In this document: one piece after another, positions 10,773 to 25,534 of the stretch
Position numbering within the stretch: position 1 is the first letter of the stretch
Layout of the letters: each line of letters opens with the position of its first letter
Source of the DNA: Eukaryota sp. GEM-RC1
Lineage: Eukaryota
Reading direction: 5' to 3'
DNA: 64,000 nucleotides
Assembly (NCBI GenBank): GCA_040285855.1
Contig: JAUFOQ010000016.1
Location: 1 to 64,000 of the forward strand
Translations under genes and position numbers: made by a program
The notes under the pieces: generated by a model
Seen by the model: only the letters and a program-made list of their open reading frames with translations
Database searches by the model: none
What the model was told of the DNA's origin: nothing

Positions 10773-11696
10773 TTATGTCTTTGGTTTCTTTGACTTTGGA
10801 GTTTTACTCCTTGTTGCTGGCCTTTTAACAGGAAGATCAATTGGTTCTTGTGATTCGGTAATGTCAACAATTTCAGTATTTGATTCCTTTTGAGATATTT
10901 TGTTAAACTTTGAGAATTTTCATCGGTTTCGTCAAGTTCTTCGGTTTCTTCTGTTTTCACGTCTTGTTCTTTGGGATGCTCATTAGTCAATGAGGACACA
11001 AAGCTTTCCTTGTCATCGGGACTGATTAGAATCAAATTTGGACCATTTTGGATCCAAAGAGCATTTTGTATAAATGATTGAGAATTTAGTTTGAAAGTCC
11101 GATCACTTTCAAATGGTTCAGGGAGAGGAGAAGGTGTTGCTGAAGAGAAATTTTTGATATGGACAGGGATCCATATTGATGTTTGCCAGCTATTAACCCC
11201 CATTTGGAGATGGCAGTTCAGATTAGTTCTAAACCTTCTGGGTTCAGAATAGATTCTAAAGTTAATTAATAAAAACAAAAATACATACTGAATGACGAAG
11301 TGTTGGCTTTAACTTTCTGAAGAAGGAGAATATGGCCATTGTCAGCGACAGACATAATGGCTTGTTGAATTGGCTGGTTCCAAATGACAAACTTCACTCT
11401 TTTGAAACCTTCCAAGCACCTGAAACCGATAGAGCAGATTTTACTTTCTGCTTGTTTCTGGGTGTCTTTTTCTTGAGTTAGAATTAAATGAATGAACATA
11501 CAATAAATGACACATCACGAGTGTCAATACTTACTATCCCTGCCTGGATAGTATGGAAAACAGGGGATGGCTCTGACCATGAATGTTCTGGCCAGTCTAC
11601 AGAGGTGAGCGATTTTACGGAATCGAAGGTCATGAGATGAAGATTATGATCGGACATAGACGATACATCGTATTTATAGTAGGCAACAAGTGACAT
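10773..11696 (-). CDS. Gene A copy, unit 2 (homopolymer frameshifts)
   Basis: Near-identical to 3577-4502; two T-runs are one base short. Confidence 0.5.
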
Positions 11697-11814
11697 TACA
11701 AGTGTACATTGACGTCGTTGATTTTCGAGGAAGGTCAATCATGTCAATCATGTCACTTGTCAAATCGACTATAAATGGATCGAAACATCATTGCTTGAAC
11801 ATTATCTTCTCTAT

Positions 11815-12487
11815 ATGCCTCGTCCAAAGCCTCCTATGAGTAACTGTATTAGATCAACCAAGCTTGTTTGTTTTGGTGGTTCTTCACCATTTACAAAGCA
11901 ACAAATGTACAACAATCTGTGTATTCCAACTCCCAGTCTAAAGAGCCTAATGAACCTGTTCAAGTGCTAATTTGAAAGAGTGATCAAAAGGCTCGTCAAT
12001 TTCATTTACTAATTACAGTGTATTTGCTATTGTGTTTGGAACAAACAGAAAAACGTTGCTGACCAAAAGAAAATCTTTGCTATCACTTGCTATTGGGAGC
12101 CTGTATGTGTTCCTCCTTCTCACTATTATTCATGTATATCCAAATTTGATTGTCAATCATTTATGATTAACTTTGATTGTGAACAACAACATGGTTATAA
12201 GATTTCATCAATCGAACACAGTGTTGTTGAAATGATCAACAATGGTATGTATTATTTATTTAACTCATTTTTGGTGCTTCTGATTATGACTATCATTCAA
12301 AATAGGAGGTGATTTCGATTTCTCCTCCAAACGAAGGTTATACTCGAAAATAGCATTGGCAAACTCGGTACTATTATCACTATGGATACAAAACGGTATT
12401 CCAAAGATAGCAAACACATCCCACACAAGACGATATGCTACTTCTCTACTGTTAAGTTTCTGCGCGCACCATCATTCAAAGTTGTAG
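11815..12487 (+). pseudogene. Gene B copy, unit 2 (no MULE); also full length in units 3, 6 and 11
   Basis: Candidate introns 11991-12018 (GC-AG) and 12245-12305 (GTATGT-TAG) join exons in frame: ...EMINN-G-GDFDFSSKRR...SLWIQNG...HSKL*. Confidence 0.45.
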
Positions 12488-12648
12488 GACATGTTGGAGA
12501 TGCTTTGATTGATGTAATAAATAAAGATAAGTCAGTCACTCATTTGCTCCATGAAACTGGAACGAAACTTTCGTACACTTTCTTCACCCTGTGTGATCAG
12601 CTGATTTGTGTGTTGGACAATGATATCTGAATAAGCGATATTCCCAAC

Positions 12649-13370
12649 TCAATTTTCTTGACTAGGAGCATGCTGAACGTACTTCATTATCTCTGGTGGA
12701 ATAATGCTGATATCAGAAATCTCGGCTGATTCGTACACCAACTTTTTCTTTATCCAAGCGTTATTCGGCAACGAGATTGTTGGATGCACTTCTTCCAAGT
12801 CACCAACACTAATACACCTCAGTTCTTCGTCCATATTAATCTTTACATACGAGTTGTACTGGTGTTTTGTCAGTTCGGGAGTTATTCTGACAAACAATAA
12901 GTCTTGATCCATTAAAATATTCTGCAAGCAACCATAAGTGATAGGTTTCCCTTTTATCATGTGTGTATTGCTGGCTTCTTCTTTCTGAGTGACAGCTCAA
13001 TTCCTGTCTCTGGAATCTTGACTTTGTGTTCTACATCTTGTGTGTCAAAGTATGACTGTAGAAAAAGTGCAAGACATTGAGGAGTAGCGTACTTGATTAG
13101 TCTAAGGTATACTTTCTTAATGTCAACATAAAGATAGTTTGACGATCTTTTGAAAGAGCCATACCTTAAGTGAAGATCATACGTGTCATAACCAGCTAGC
13201 TGGTTCCAAGACCATGTGGGATCTGTTGCCACTCTTGGTTGTTTTAAAGCAGGAGCTGATAGATCACCAGGAAGTTGACGTTCTTGGGGGAGAGATGTAG
13301 CAATATTAGAACGGAAATTGTGCCGGTAAATTGTATGTTTGCAATCTTCTTGTTGTAGAAACGTGATCGG
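12649..13370 (-). CDS. ORF C copy, unit 2 (1-nt homopolymer shift)
   Basis: Split into 91-aa and 103-aa ORFs at a T-run. Confidence 0.5.
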
Positions 13371-15851
13371 TTATAATTACGTGAAATTAGTTTTGCCAAT
13401 AATTTATCGAAATAAGTCATTGAACTGTTCTCGTAGTATTTAACTGAGATATTAATTTAGGAGTTTTACACTAGACTTGTGAAGTTTTACACTAGACTTG
13501 TGAAGTTTTACATCAGACTTGTGAAGTTCTTCACTAGTAACATTGTTCACAAGACTTGTGATATTTTTCACAAGACTAGTGAAGTTTCTCACTGTACCCT
13601 CAAAAGTGACTTTGTTGTGAGAATTTTCACTATGACTTTTGTAAATCAGTACATTGATATTTTTCACAAGACTACTGTGCCGATATCTAGATACGGAACT
13701 GAAGGAATACTTTATTAAGTCAAATAGACAGACTAAAACTATTGATGACGTGTCATAGTGTCATTCTGAAACTTCACTACTTTCGAGGAGTATGATTTCT
13801 TACATTTCCTCTCTTCACTGGAAGTAGCTTTATCTGATTCTATTACAGTACTGCAGTACTGGAGATAGAGAATCATTTCTATATAACATATGGAACCGAG
13901 AGTTGAGTTCGAGCATCAGTCGGACATATTGGACACAACTGAAGAGAAGAAAGAACAAGATCAGTAGAAAACGTTGAGCATACAACAACAGTAACTGACT
14001 GAAATGATCGAATCTAAAATCAAAACAAGAGATCAGACAGTGATGTTGAGCTTGATGACAAACTCAATCCTTCATTCCTTACCAATGGCCGAGATGAAGA
14101 GTGTTTAGAGACTTAGAGAGACTGCATAAGTATTGGGATTCATGGAGTTCTAGCACGATGTCAATATTTTGTAGAAGCGGTAGCGAAAGACGACCAGGGA
14201 GAGTCAACAATGTCTTGACAAGGATCAAATGTGTTGAGAATGTTGATGAAACAAAACAATATTGTGGATATCATAAGTACTGTCAAAGAAGAAGTCCTGT
14301 TTGATGCCGCATTGATGAGTCAGCATACAACTCTTGATGCCTCTCCATAAGTCATGAACCATAAATCGTGAACAGGGGATATAGGTGTAATAGGAATTAA
14401 TAAATTTGGTTCATCTCTTTGCAATACTCAAGAAATATCAGGGAGATCCAGATCAGGGACACTTTGATACCTTGATGAAAGAACACACTAGAACAAATGG
14501 TTGGCCTTCCCCATATACCATCGGATTGGTTCAAAGGGAGCTAAAAATTGTTGAATAAGAAGAAGAAGGTTTGACATCAACACTGCAAATGTCTTTCGAT
14601 GGAATCTCGCACCGTTCTAGTTGTTCCTAGAAGGTTGTGACGAGTAGAAATCAACATGATTCGTTGACTAACTGAACTTTTATTATGTATCTAGGTGACT
14701 GAAAGTAAAACTATACTACACAGTGTTACACCGATACGATACGTATCGAACATTACAACATCAACTAAAATAGAAACATACTCATGCGAAGGTAGAGAGG
14801 GATTTCGATTGGCACGCAGAATTCATGTTGAATAATTCATTTTTGGCATTCAAGTTGAAAGATCAGAAATTGTTCATCGTGTTTTTCATTAGCTATTACT
14901 GTGTTTTTGCAGTTCTATTCGGTGGAAGAAGGAATTTCTTCCATTCAGAACTTCAGAACTTCTTTGAATTAACTTTAAAAATAACTTTTTTCTTTTTTTT
15001 TTTGAAAAATTTAAAACTCCTGAATTATTCTAAAAAATACAATAATCATTAATAATTTTTATATAAATGCTGTCAAAATTTCAAATTGCAAAGTCGTCTC
15101 TAAATTTGAAACGTATCGATCCTGAACGAAAGTTTTTCATTAGTCGTAAATCGATACGTTTCAAATTTAGGGAAGTATTACAATAAATGAAATATCCTAC
15201 ATTATACAGAAAAATATACTGATTTTAGTGATGTTCATGACATCAATCAAATTTGATTGAATTAATTTTGAAAACTATTTGAAAAGAAATAAGCTTAACT
15301 ATATAAAAATCAATATATCATCTAAGAAGAACGTTCATAATCACTATTGTTTTAGTAACAACTAATCATGTGTATTAAGACTATTGAAAAATGGTAAGAA
15401 AAAGAACTTTATAAATTAGAACATATACAATCACTTACCAGCGTAAGTCTATACACATAACAGGCCATTCAGCATATCATTGTTCACAGTAATGAACATT
15501 ATGACGACAACAGTTAGGAAGAGTGTTTCGATCAAGAGTCATCGAAGGCTATTGTTGAATAGAATGTTGCAATATCTTTTGTAAAAGTTTACAATTTGAC
15601 AAATAAAGTACCTTTGTAATTTTTCTATAAATCGTAACCCTAAGAGTAATCCTAAAAAGAAATTCAGAATACAAAATCGTAACCCTAAAACTGACCCTAA
15701 GAGTAACCCTAAAAAAGAAATTCAGATTTCAAAATCGTAATTCTAAGAGTGACCCTAAGAGTAACCCTAAAAACATAGAGAAATACAACATATAAGGAAA
15801 AATAATTTATTGAAGAAAATGGATACTATACAATTAACAAAATACACATTA

Positions 15852-16775
15852 TTATGTCTTTGGTTTCTTTGACTTTGGAGTTTTACTCCTTGTTGCTGGC
15901 CTTTTAACAGGAAGATCAATTGGTTCTTGTGATTCGGTAATGTCAACAATTTCAGTATTTGATTCCTTTTGAGATATTTTGTTAAACTTTGAGAATTTTC
16001 ATCGGTTTCGTCAAGTTCTTCGGTTTCTTCTGTTTTCACGTCTTGTTCTTTGGGATGCTCATTAGTCAATGAGGACACAAAGCTTTCCTTGTCATCGGGA
16101 CTGATTAGAATCAAATTTGGACCATTTTGGATCCAAAGAGCATTTTGTATAAATGATTGAGAATTTAGTTTGAAAGTCCGATCACTTTCAAATGGTTCAG
16201 GGAGAGGAGAAGGTGTTGCTGAAGAGAAATTTTTGATATGGACAGGGATCCATATTGATGTTTGCCAGCTATTAACCCCCATTTGGAGATGGCAGTTCAG
16301 ATTAGTTCTAAACCTTCTGGGTTCAGAATAGATTCTAAAGTTAATTAATAAAAACAAAAATACATACTGAATGACGAAGTGTTGGCTTTAACTTTCTGAA
16401 GAAGGAGAATATGGCCATTGTCAGCGACAGACATAATGGCTTGTTGAATTGGCTGGTTCCAAATGACAAACTTCACTCTTTTGAAACCTTCCAAGCACCT
16501 GAAACCGATAGAGCAGATTTTACTTTCTGCTTGTTTCTGGGTGTCTTTTTCTTGAGTTAGAATTAAATGAATGAACATACAATAAATGACACATCACGAG
16601 TGTCAATACTTACTATCCCTGCCTGGATAGTATGGAAAACAGGGGATGGCTCTGACCATGAATGTTCTGGCCAGTCTACAGAGGTGAGCGATTTTACGGA
16701 ATCGAAGGTCATGAGATGAAGATTATGATCGGACATAGACGATACATCGTATTTATAGTAGGCAACAAGTGACAT
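15852..16775 (-). CDS. Gene A copy, unit 3 (homopolymer frameshifts)
   Basis: Near-identical to the unit 1 copy. Confidence 0.5.
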
Positions 16776-17727
16776 TACAAGTGTACATTGACGTCGTTGA
16801 TTTTCGAGGAAGGTCAATCATGTCAATCATGTCACTTGTCAAATCGACTATAAATGGATCGAAACATCATTGCTTGAACATTATCTTCTCTATATGCCTC
16901 GTCCAAAGCCTCCTATGAGTAACTGTATTAGATCAACCAAGCTTGTTTGTTTTGGTGGTTCTTCACCATTTACAAAGCAACAAATGTACAACAATCTGTG
17001 TATTCCAACTCCCAGTCTAAAGAGCCTAATGAACCTGTTCAAGTGCTAATTTGAAAGAGTGATCAAAAGGCTCGTCAATTTCATTTACTAATTACAGTGT
17101 ATTTGCTATTGTGTTTGGAACAAACAGAAAAACGTTGCTGACCAAAAGAAAATCTTTGCTATCACTTGCTATTGGGAGCCTGTATGTGTTCCTCCTTCTC
17201 ACTATTATTCATGTATATCCAAATTTGATTGTCAATCATTTATGATTAACTTTGATTGTGAACAACAACATGGTTATAAGATTTTATCAATCGAACACAG
17301 TGTTGTTGAAATGATCAACAATGGTATGTATTATTTATTTAACTCATTTTTGGTGCTTCTGATTATGACTATCATTCAAAATAGGAGGTGATTTCGATTT
17401 CTCCTCCAAACGAAGGTTATACTCGAAAATAGCATTGGCAAACTCGGTACTATTATCACTATGGATACAAAACGGTATTCCAAAGATAGCAAACACATCC
17501 CACACAAGACGATATGCTACTTCTCTACTGTTAAGTTTCTGCGCGCACCATCATTCAAAGTTGTAGGACATGTTGGAGATGCTTTGATTGATGTAATAAA
17601 TAAAGATAAGTCAGTCACTCATTTGCTCCATGAAACTGGAACGAAACTTTCGTACACTTTCTTCACCCTGTGTGATCAGCTGATTTGTGTGTTGGACAAT
17701 GATATCTGAATAAGCGATATTCCCAAC

Positions 17728-18449
17728 TCAATTTTCTTGACTAGGAGCATGCTGAACGTACTTCATTATCTCTGGTGGAATAATGCTGATATCAGAAATC
17801 TCGGCTGATTCGTACACCAACTTTTTCTTTATCCAAGCGTTATTCGGCAACGAGATTGTTGGATGCACTTCTTCCAAGTCACCAACACTAATACACCTCA
17901 GTTCTTCGTCCATATTAATCTTTACATACGAGTTGTACTGGTGTTTTGTCAGTTCGGGAGTTATTCTGACAAACAATAAGTCTTGATCCATTAAAATTTT
18001 CTGCAAGCAACCATAAGTGATAGGTTTCCCTTTTATCATGTGTGTATTGCTGGCTTCTTCTTTCTGAGTGACAGCTCAATTCCTGTCTCTGGAATCTTGA
18101 CTTTGTGTTCTACATCTTGTGTGTCAAAGTATGACTGTAGAAAAAGTGCAAGACATTGAGGAGTAGCGTACTTGATTAGTCTAAGGTATACTTTCTTAAT
18201 GTCAACATAAAGATAGTTTGACGATCTTTTGAAAGAGCCATACCTTAAGTGAAGATCATACGTGTCATAACCAGCTAGCTGGTTCCAAGACCATGTGGGA
18301 TCTGTTGCCACTCTTGGTTGTTTTAAAGCAGGAGCTGATAGATCACCAGGAAGTTGACGTTCTTGGGGGAGAGATGTAGCAATATTAGAACGGAAATTGT
18401 GCCGGTAAATTGTATGTTTGCAATCTTCTTGTTGTAGAAACGTGATCGG
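17728..18449 (-). CDS. ORF C copy, unit 3 (1-nt shift)
   Basis: Split into 91-aa and 103-aa ORFs. Confidence 0.5.
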
Positions 18450-20929
18450 TTATAATTACGTGAAATTAGTTTTGCCAATAATTTATCGAAATAAGTCATT
18501 GAACTGTTCTCGTAGTATTTAACTGAGATATTAATTTAGGAGTTTTACACTAGACTTGTGAAGTTTTACATCTCAGACTTGTGAAGTTTTACATCAGACT
18601 TGTGAAGTTCTTCACTAGTAACATTGTTCACAAGACTTGTGATATTTTTCACAAGACTAGTGAAATTTCTCACTGTACCCTCAAAAGTGACTTTGTTGTG
18701 AGAATTTTCACTATGACTTTTGTAAATCAGTACATTGATATTTTTCACAAGACTACTGTGCCGATATCTAGATACGGAACTGAAGGAATACTTTATTAAG
18801 TCAAATAGACAGACTAAAACTATTGATGACGTGTCATAGTGTCATTCTGAAACTTCACTACTTTCGAGGAGTATGATTTCTTACATTTCCTCTCTTCACT
18901 GAAAGTAGCTTTATCTGATTCTATTACAGTACTGCAGTACTGGAGATAGAGAATCATTTCTATATAACACATGGAACCGAGAGTTGAGTTCGAGCATCAG
19001 TCGGACATATTGGACACAACTGAAGAGAAGAAAGAACAAGATCAGTAGAAAACGTTGAGCATACAACAACAGTAACTGACTGAAATGATCGAATCTAAAA
19101 TCAAAACAAGAGATCAGACAGTGATGTTGAGCTTGATGACAAACTCAATCCTTCATTCCTTACCAATGGCCGAGATGAAGAGTGTTTAGAGACTTAGAGA
19201 GACTGCATAAGTATTGGGATTCATGGAGTTCTAGCACGATGTCAATATTTTGTAGAAGCGGTAGCGAAAGACGACCAGGGAGAGTCAACAATGTCTTGAC
19301 AAGGATCAAATGTGTTGAGAATGTTGATGAAACAAAACAATATTGTGGATATCATAAGTACTGTCAAAGAAGAAGTCCTGTTTGATGCCGCATTGATGAG
19401 TCAGCATACAACTCTTGATGCCTCTCCATAAGTCATGAACCATAAATCGTGAACAGGGGATATAGGTGTAATAGGAATTAATAAATTTGGTTCATCTCTT
19501 TGCAATACTCAAGAAATATCAGGAGATCCAGATCAGGGACACTTTGATACCTTGATGAAAGAACACACTAGAACAAATGGTTGGCCTTCCCCATATACCA
19601 TCGGATTGGTTCAAAGGGAGCTAAAAATTGTTGAATAAGAAGAAGAAGGTTTGACATCAACACTGCAAATGTCTTTCGATGGAATCTCGCACCGTTCTAG
19701 TTGTTCTTAGAAGGTTGTGACGAGTAGAAATCAACATGATTCGTTGACTAACTGAACTTTTATTATGTATCTAGGTGACTGAAAGTAAAACTATACTACA
19801 CAGTGTTACACCGATACGATACGTATCGAACATTACAACATCAACTAAAATAGAAACATACTCATGCGAAGGTAGAGAGGGATTTCGATTGGCACGCAGA
19901 ATTCATGTTGAATAATTCATTTTTGGCATTCAAGTTGAAAGATCAGAAATTGTTCATCGTGTTTTTCATTAGCTATTACTGTGTTTTTGCAGTTCTATTC
20001 GGTGGAAGAAGGAATTTCTTCCATTCAGAACTTCAGAACTTCTTTGAATTAACTTTAAAAATAACTTTTTTCTTTTTTTTTTGAAAAATTTAAAACTCCT
20101 GAATTATTCTAAAAATACAATAATCATTAATAATTTTTATATAAATGCTGTCAAAATTTCAAATTGCAAAGTCGTCTCTAAATTTGAAACGTATCGATCC
20201 TGAACGAAAGTTTTTCATTAGTCGTAAATCGATACGTTTCAAATTTAGGGAAGATATTACAATAAATGAAATATCCTACATTATACAGAAAAATATACTG
20301 ATTTTAGTGATGTTCATGACATCAATCAAATTTGATTGAATTAATTTTGAAAACTATTTGAAAAGAAATAAGCTTAACTATATAAAAATCAATATATCAT
20401 CTTAGAAGAACGTTCATAATCACTATTGTTTTAGTAACAACTAATTATGTGTATTAAGACTATTGAAAAATGGTAAGAAAAGAACTTTATAAATTAGAAC
20501 ATATACAATCACTTACCAGCGTAAGTCTATACACATAACAGGCCATTCAGCATATCATTGTTCACAGTAATGAACATTATGACGACAACAGTTAGGAAGA
20601 GTGTTTCGATCAAGAGTCATCGAAGGCTATTGTTGAATAGAATGTTGCAATATCTTTTGTAAAAGTTTACAATTTGACAAATAAAGTACCTTTGTAATTT
20701 TTCTATAAATCGTAACCCTAAGAGTTATCCTAAAAAAGAAATTCAGAATACAAAATCGTAACCCTAAAACTGACCCTAAGAGTAACCCTAAAAAGAAATT
20801 CAGATTTCAAAATCGTAATTCTAAGAGTGACCCTAAGAGTAACCCTAAAAACATAGAGAAATAAAACATATAAGGAAAAATAATTTATTGAAGAAAAGGA
20901 ATACTATACAATTAACAAAATACACATTA

Positions 20930-21853
20930 TTATGTCTTTGGTTTCTTTGACTTTGGAGTTTTACTCCCTGTTGCTGGCCTTTTAACAGGAAGATCAATTG
21001 GTTCTTGTGATTCGGTAATGTCAACAATTTCAGTATTTGATTCCTTTTGAGATATTTTGTTAAACTTTGAGAATTTTCATCGGTTTCGTCAAGTTCTTCG
21101 GTTTCTTCTGTTTTCACGTCTTGTTCTTTGGGATGCTCATTAGTCAATGAGGACACAAAGCTTTCCTTGTCATCGGGACTGATTAGAATCAAATTTGGAC
21201 CATTTTGGATCCAAAGAGCATTTTGTATAAATGATTGAGAATTTAGTTTGAAAGTCCGATCACTTTCAAATGGTTCAGGGAGAGGAGAAGGTGTTGCTGA
21301 AGAGAAATTTTTGATATGGACAGGGATCCATATTGATGTTTGCCAGCTATTAACCCCCATTTGGAGATGGCAGTTCAGATTAGTTCTAAACCTTCTGGGT
21401 TCAGAATAGATTCTAAAGTTAATTAATAAAAACAAAAATACATACTGAATGACGAAGTGTTGGCTTTAACTTTCTGAAGAAGGAGAATATGGCCATTGTC
21501 AGCGACAGACATAATGGCTTGTTGAATTGGCTGGTTCCAAATGACAAACTTCACTCTTTTGAAACCTTCCAAGCACCTGAAACCGATAGAGCAGATTTTA
21601 CTTTCTGCTTGTTTCTGGGTGTCTTTTTCTTGAGTTAGAATTAAATGAATGAACATACAATAAATGACACATCACGAGTGTCAATACTTACTATCCCTGC
21701 CTGGATAGTATGGAAAACAGGGGATGGCTCTGACCATGAATGTTCTGGCCAGTCTACAGAGGTGAGCGATTTTACGGAATCGAAGGTCATGAGATGAAGA
21801 TTATGATGGGACATAGACGATACATCGTATTTATAGTAGGCAACAAGTGACAT
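20930..21853 (-). CDS. Gene A copy, unit 4 (homopolymer frameshifts)
   Basis: Near-identical to the unit 1 copy. Confidence 0.5.
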
Positions 21854-22334
21854 TACAAGTGTACATTGACGTCGTTGATTTTCGAGGAAGGTCAATCATG
21901 TCAATCATGTCACTTGTCAAATCGACTATAAATGGATCGAAACATCATTGCTTGAACATTATCTTCTCTATATGCCTCGTCCAAAGCCTCCTATGAGTAA
22001 CTGTATTAGATCAACCAAGCTTGTTTGTTTTGGTGGTTCTTGACCATTTACAAAGCAACAAATGTACAACAATCTGTGTATTCCAACTCCCAGTCTAAAG
22101 AGCCTAATGAACCTGTTCAAGTGCTAATTTGAAAGAGTGATCAAAAGGTTCGCACCATCATTCAAAGTTGTAGGACATGTTGGAGATGCTTTGATTGATG
22201 TAATAAATAAAGATAAGTCAGTCACTCATTTGCTCCATGAAACTGGAACGAAACTTTCGTACACTTTCTTCACCCTGTGTGATCAGCTGATTTGCGTGTT
22301 GGACAATGATATCTGAATAAGCGATATTCCCAAC

Positions 22335-23055
22335 TCAATTTTCTTGACTAGGAGCATGCTGAACGTACTTCATTATCTCTGGTGGAATAATGCTGATATC
22401 AGAGATCTCGGCTGATTCGTACACCAATTTTTCTTTATCCAAGCGTTATTCGGCAACGAGATTGTTGGATGCACTTCTTCCAAGTCACCAACACTAATAC
22501 ACCTCAGTTCTTCGTCCATATTAATCTTTACATACGAGTTGTTCTGGTGTTTTGTCAGTTCGGGAGTTATTCTGACAAACAATAAGTCTTGATCCATTAA
22601 AATTTTCTGCAAGCAACCAGAAGTGATAGGTTTCCCTTTTATCATGTGTGTATTGCTGGCTTCTTCTTTCTGAGTGACAGCTCAATTCCTGTATCTGGAA
22701 TCTTGACTTTGTGTTCTACATCTTGTGTGTCAAAGTATGACTGTAGAAAAAGTGCAAGACATTGAGGAGTAGCGTACTTGATTAGTCTAAGGTATACTTT
22801 CTTAATGTCAACATAAAGATAGTTTGACGATCTTTTGAAAGAGCCATACCTTAAGTGAAGATCATACGTGTCATAACCAGCTAGCTGGTTCCAAGACCAT
22901 GTGGGATCTGTTGCCACTCTTGGTTGTTTTAAAGCAGGAGCTGATAGATCACCAGGAAGTTGACGTTCTTGGGGGAGAGATGTAGCAATATTAGAACGGA
23001 AATTGTGCCGGTAAATTGTATGTTTGCAATCTTCTTGTTGTAGAAACGTGATCGG
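22335..23055 (-). CDS. ORF C copy, unit 4 (frameshifted)
   Basis: Fragments of 91 and 90 aa in the ORF track. Confidence 0.45.
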
Positions 23056-25534
23056 TTATAATTACGTGAAATTAGTTTTGCCAATAATTTATCGAAATAA
23101 GTCATTGAACTGTTCTCGTAGTATTTAACTGAGATATTAATTTAGGAGTTTTACACTAGACTTGTGAAGTTTTACACTAGACTTGTGAAGTTTTACATCA
23201 GACTTGTGAAGTTCTTCACTAGTAACATTGCTCACAAGACTTGTGATATTTTTCACAAGACTAGTGAAGTTTCTCACTGTACCCTCAAAAGTGACTTTGT
23301 TGTGAGAATTTTCACTATGACTTTTGTAAATCAGTACATTGATATTTTTCACAAGACTACTGTGCCGATATCTAGATACGGAACTGAAGGAATACTTTAT
23401 TAAGTCAAATAGACAGACTAAAACTATTGATGACGTGTCATAGTGTCATTCTGAAACTTCACTACTTTCGAGGAGTATGATTTCTTACATTTCCTCTCTT
23501 CACTGGAAGTAGCTTTATCTGATTCTATTACAGTACTGCAGTACTGGAGATAGAGAATCATTTCTATATAACATATGGAACCGAGAGTTGAGTTCGAGCA
23601 TCAGTCGGACATATTGGACACAACTGAAGAGAAGAAAGAACAAGATCACTAGAAAACGTTGAGCATACAACAACAGTAACTGACTGAAATGATCGAATCT
23701 AAAATCAAAACAAGAGATCAGACAGTGATGTTGAGCTTGATGACAAACTCAATCCTTCATTCCTTACCAATGGCCGAGATGAAGAGTGTTTAGAGACTTA
23801 GAGAGGAGAGACTGCATAAGTATTGGGATTCATGGAGTTCTAGCACGATGTCAATATTTTGTAGAAGCGGTAGCGAAAGACGACCAGGGAGAGTCAACAA
23901 TGTCTTGACAAGGATCAAATGTGTTGAGAATGTTGATGAAACAAAACAATATTGTGGATATCATAAGTACTGTCAAAGAAGAAGTCCTGTTTGATGCCGC
24001 ATTGATGAGTCAGCATACAACTCTTGATGCCTCTCCATAAGTCATCAACCATAAATCGTGAACAGGGGATATAGGTGTAATAGGAATTAATAAATTTGGT
24101 TCATCTCTTTGCAATACTCAAGAAATATCAGGGAGATCCAGATCAGGGACACTTTGATACCTTGATGAAAGAACACACTAGAACAAATGGTTGGCCTTCC
24201 CCATATACCATCGGATTGGTTCAAAGGGAGCTAAAAAATTGTTGAATAAGAAGAAGAAGGTTTGACATCAACACTGCAAATGTCTTTCGATGGAATCTCG
24301 CACCGTTCTAGTTGTTCTTAGAAGGTTGTGACGAGTAGAAATCAACATGATTCGTTGACTAACTGAACTTTTATTATGTATCTACGTGACTGAAAGTAAA
24401 ACTATACTACACAGTGTTACACCGATACGATACGTATCGAACATTACAACATCAACTAAAATAGAAACATACTCATGCGAAGGTAGAGAGGGATTTCGAT
24501 TGGCACGCAGAATTCATGTTGAATAATTCATTTTTGGCATTCAAGTTGAAAGATCAGAAATTGTTCATCGTGTTTTCATTAGCTATTACTGTGTTTTTGC
24601 AGTTCTATTCGGTGGAAGAAGGAATTTCTTCCATTCAGAACTTCAGAACTTCTTTGAATTAACTTTAAAAATAACTTTTTCTTTTTTTGAAAAATTTAAA
24701 ACTCCTGAATTATTCTAAAAATACAATAATCATTAATACTTTTTATATAAATGCTGTCAAAATTTCAAATTGCAAAGTCGTCTCTAAATTTGAAACGTAT
24801 CGATCCTGAACGAAAGTTTTTCATTAGTCGTAAATCGATACGTTTCAAATTTAGGGAAGATATTACAATAAATGAAATATCCTACATTATACAGAAAAAT
24901 ATACTGATTTTAGTGATGTTCATGACATCAATCAAATTTGATTGAATTAATTTTGAAAACTATTTGAAAAGAAATAAGCTTAACTATATAAAAATCAATA
25001 TATCATCTTAGAAGAACGTTCATAATCACTATTGTTTTAGTAACAACTAATCATGTGTATTAAGACTATTGAAAAATGGTAAGAAAAGAACTTTATAAAT
25101 TAGAACATATACAATCACTTACCAGCGTAAGTCTATACACATAACAGGCCATTCAGCATATCATTGTTCACAGTAATGAACATTATGACGACAACAGTTA
25201 GGAAGAGTGTTTCGATCAAGAGTCATCGAAGGCTATTGTTGAATAGAATGTTGCAATATCTTTGTAAAAGTTTACAATTTGACAAATAAAGTACCTTTGT
25301 AATTTTTCTATAAATCGTAACCCTAAGAGTTATCCTAAAAAAGAAATTCAGAATACAAAATCGTAACCCTAAAACTGACCCTAAGAGTAACCCTAAAAAG
25401 AAATTCAGATTTCAAAATCGTAATTCTAAGAGTGACCCTAAGAGTAACCCTAAAAACATAGAGAAATAAAACATATAAGGAAAAATAATTTATTGAAGAA
25501 AAGGAATACTATACAATTAACAAAATACACATTA

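Noticed and set aside
10688..11278. 196-aa versus 168-aa gene A C-termini as programmed or phase variation
   Set aside because: The difference is one base in a T-run, and similar one-base losses occur at many homopolymers, as expected from long-read errors.
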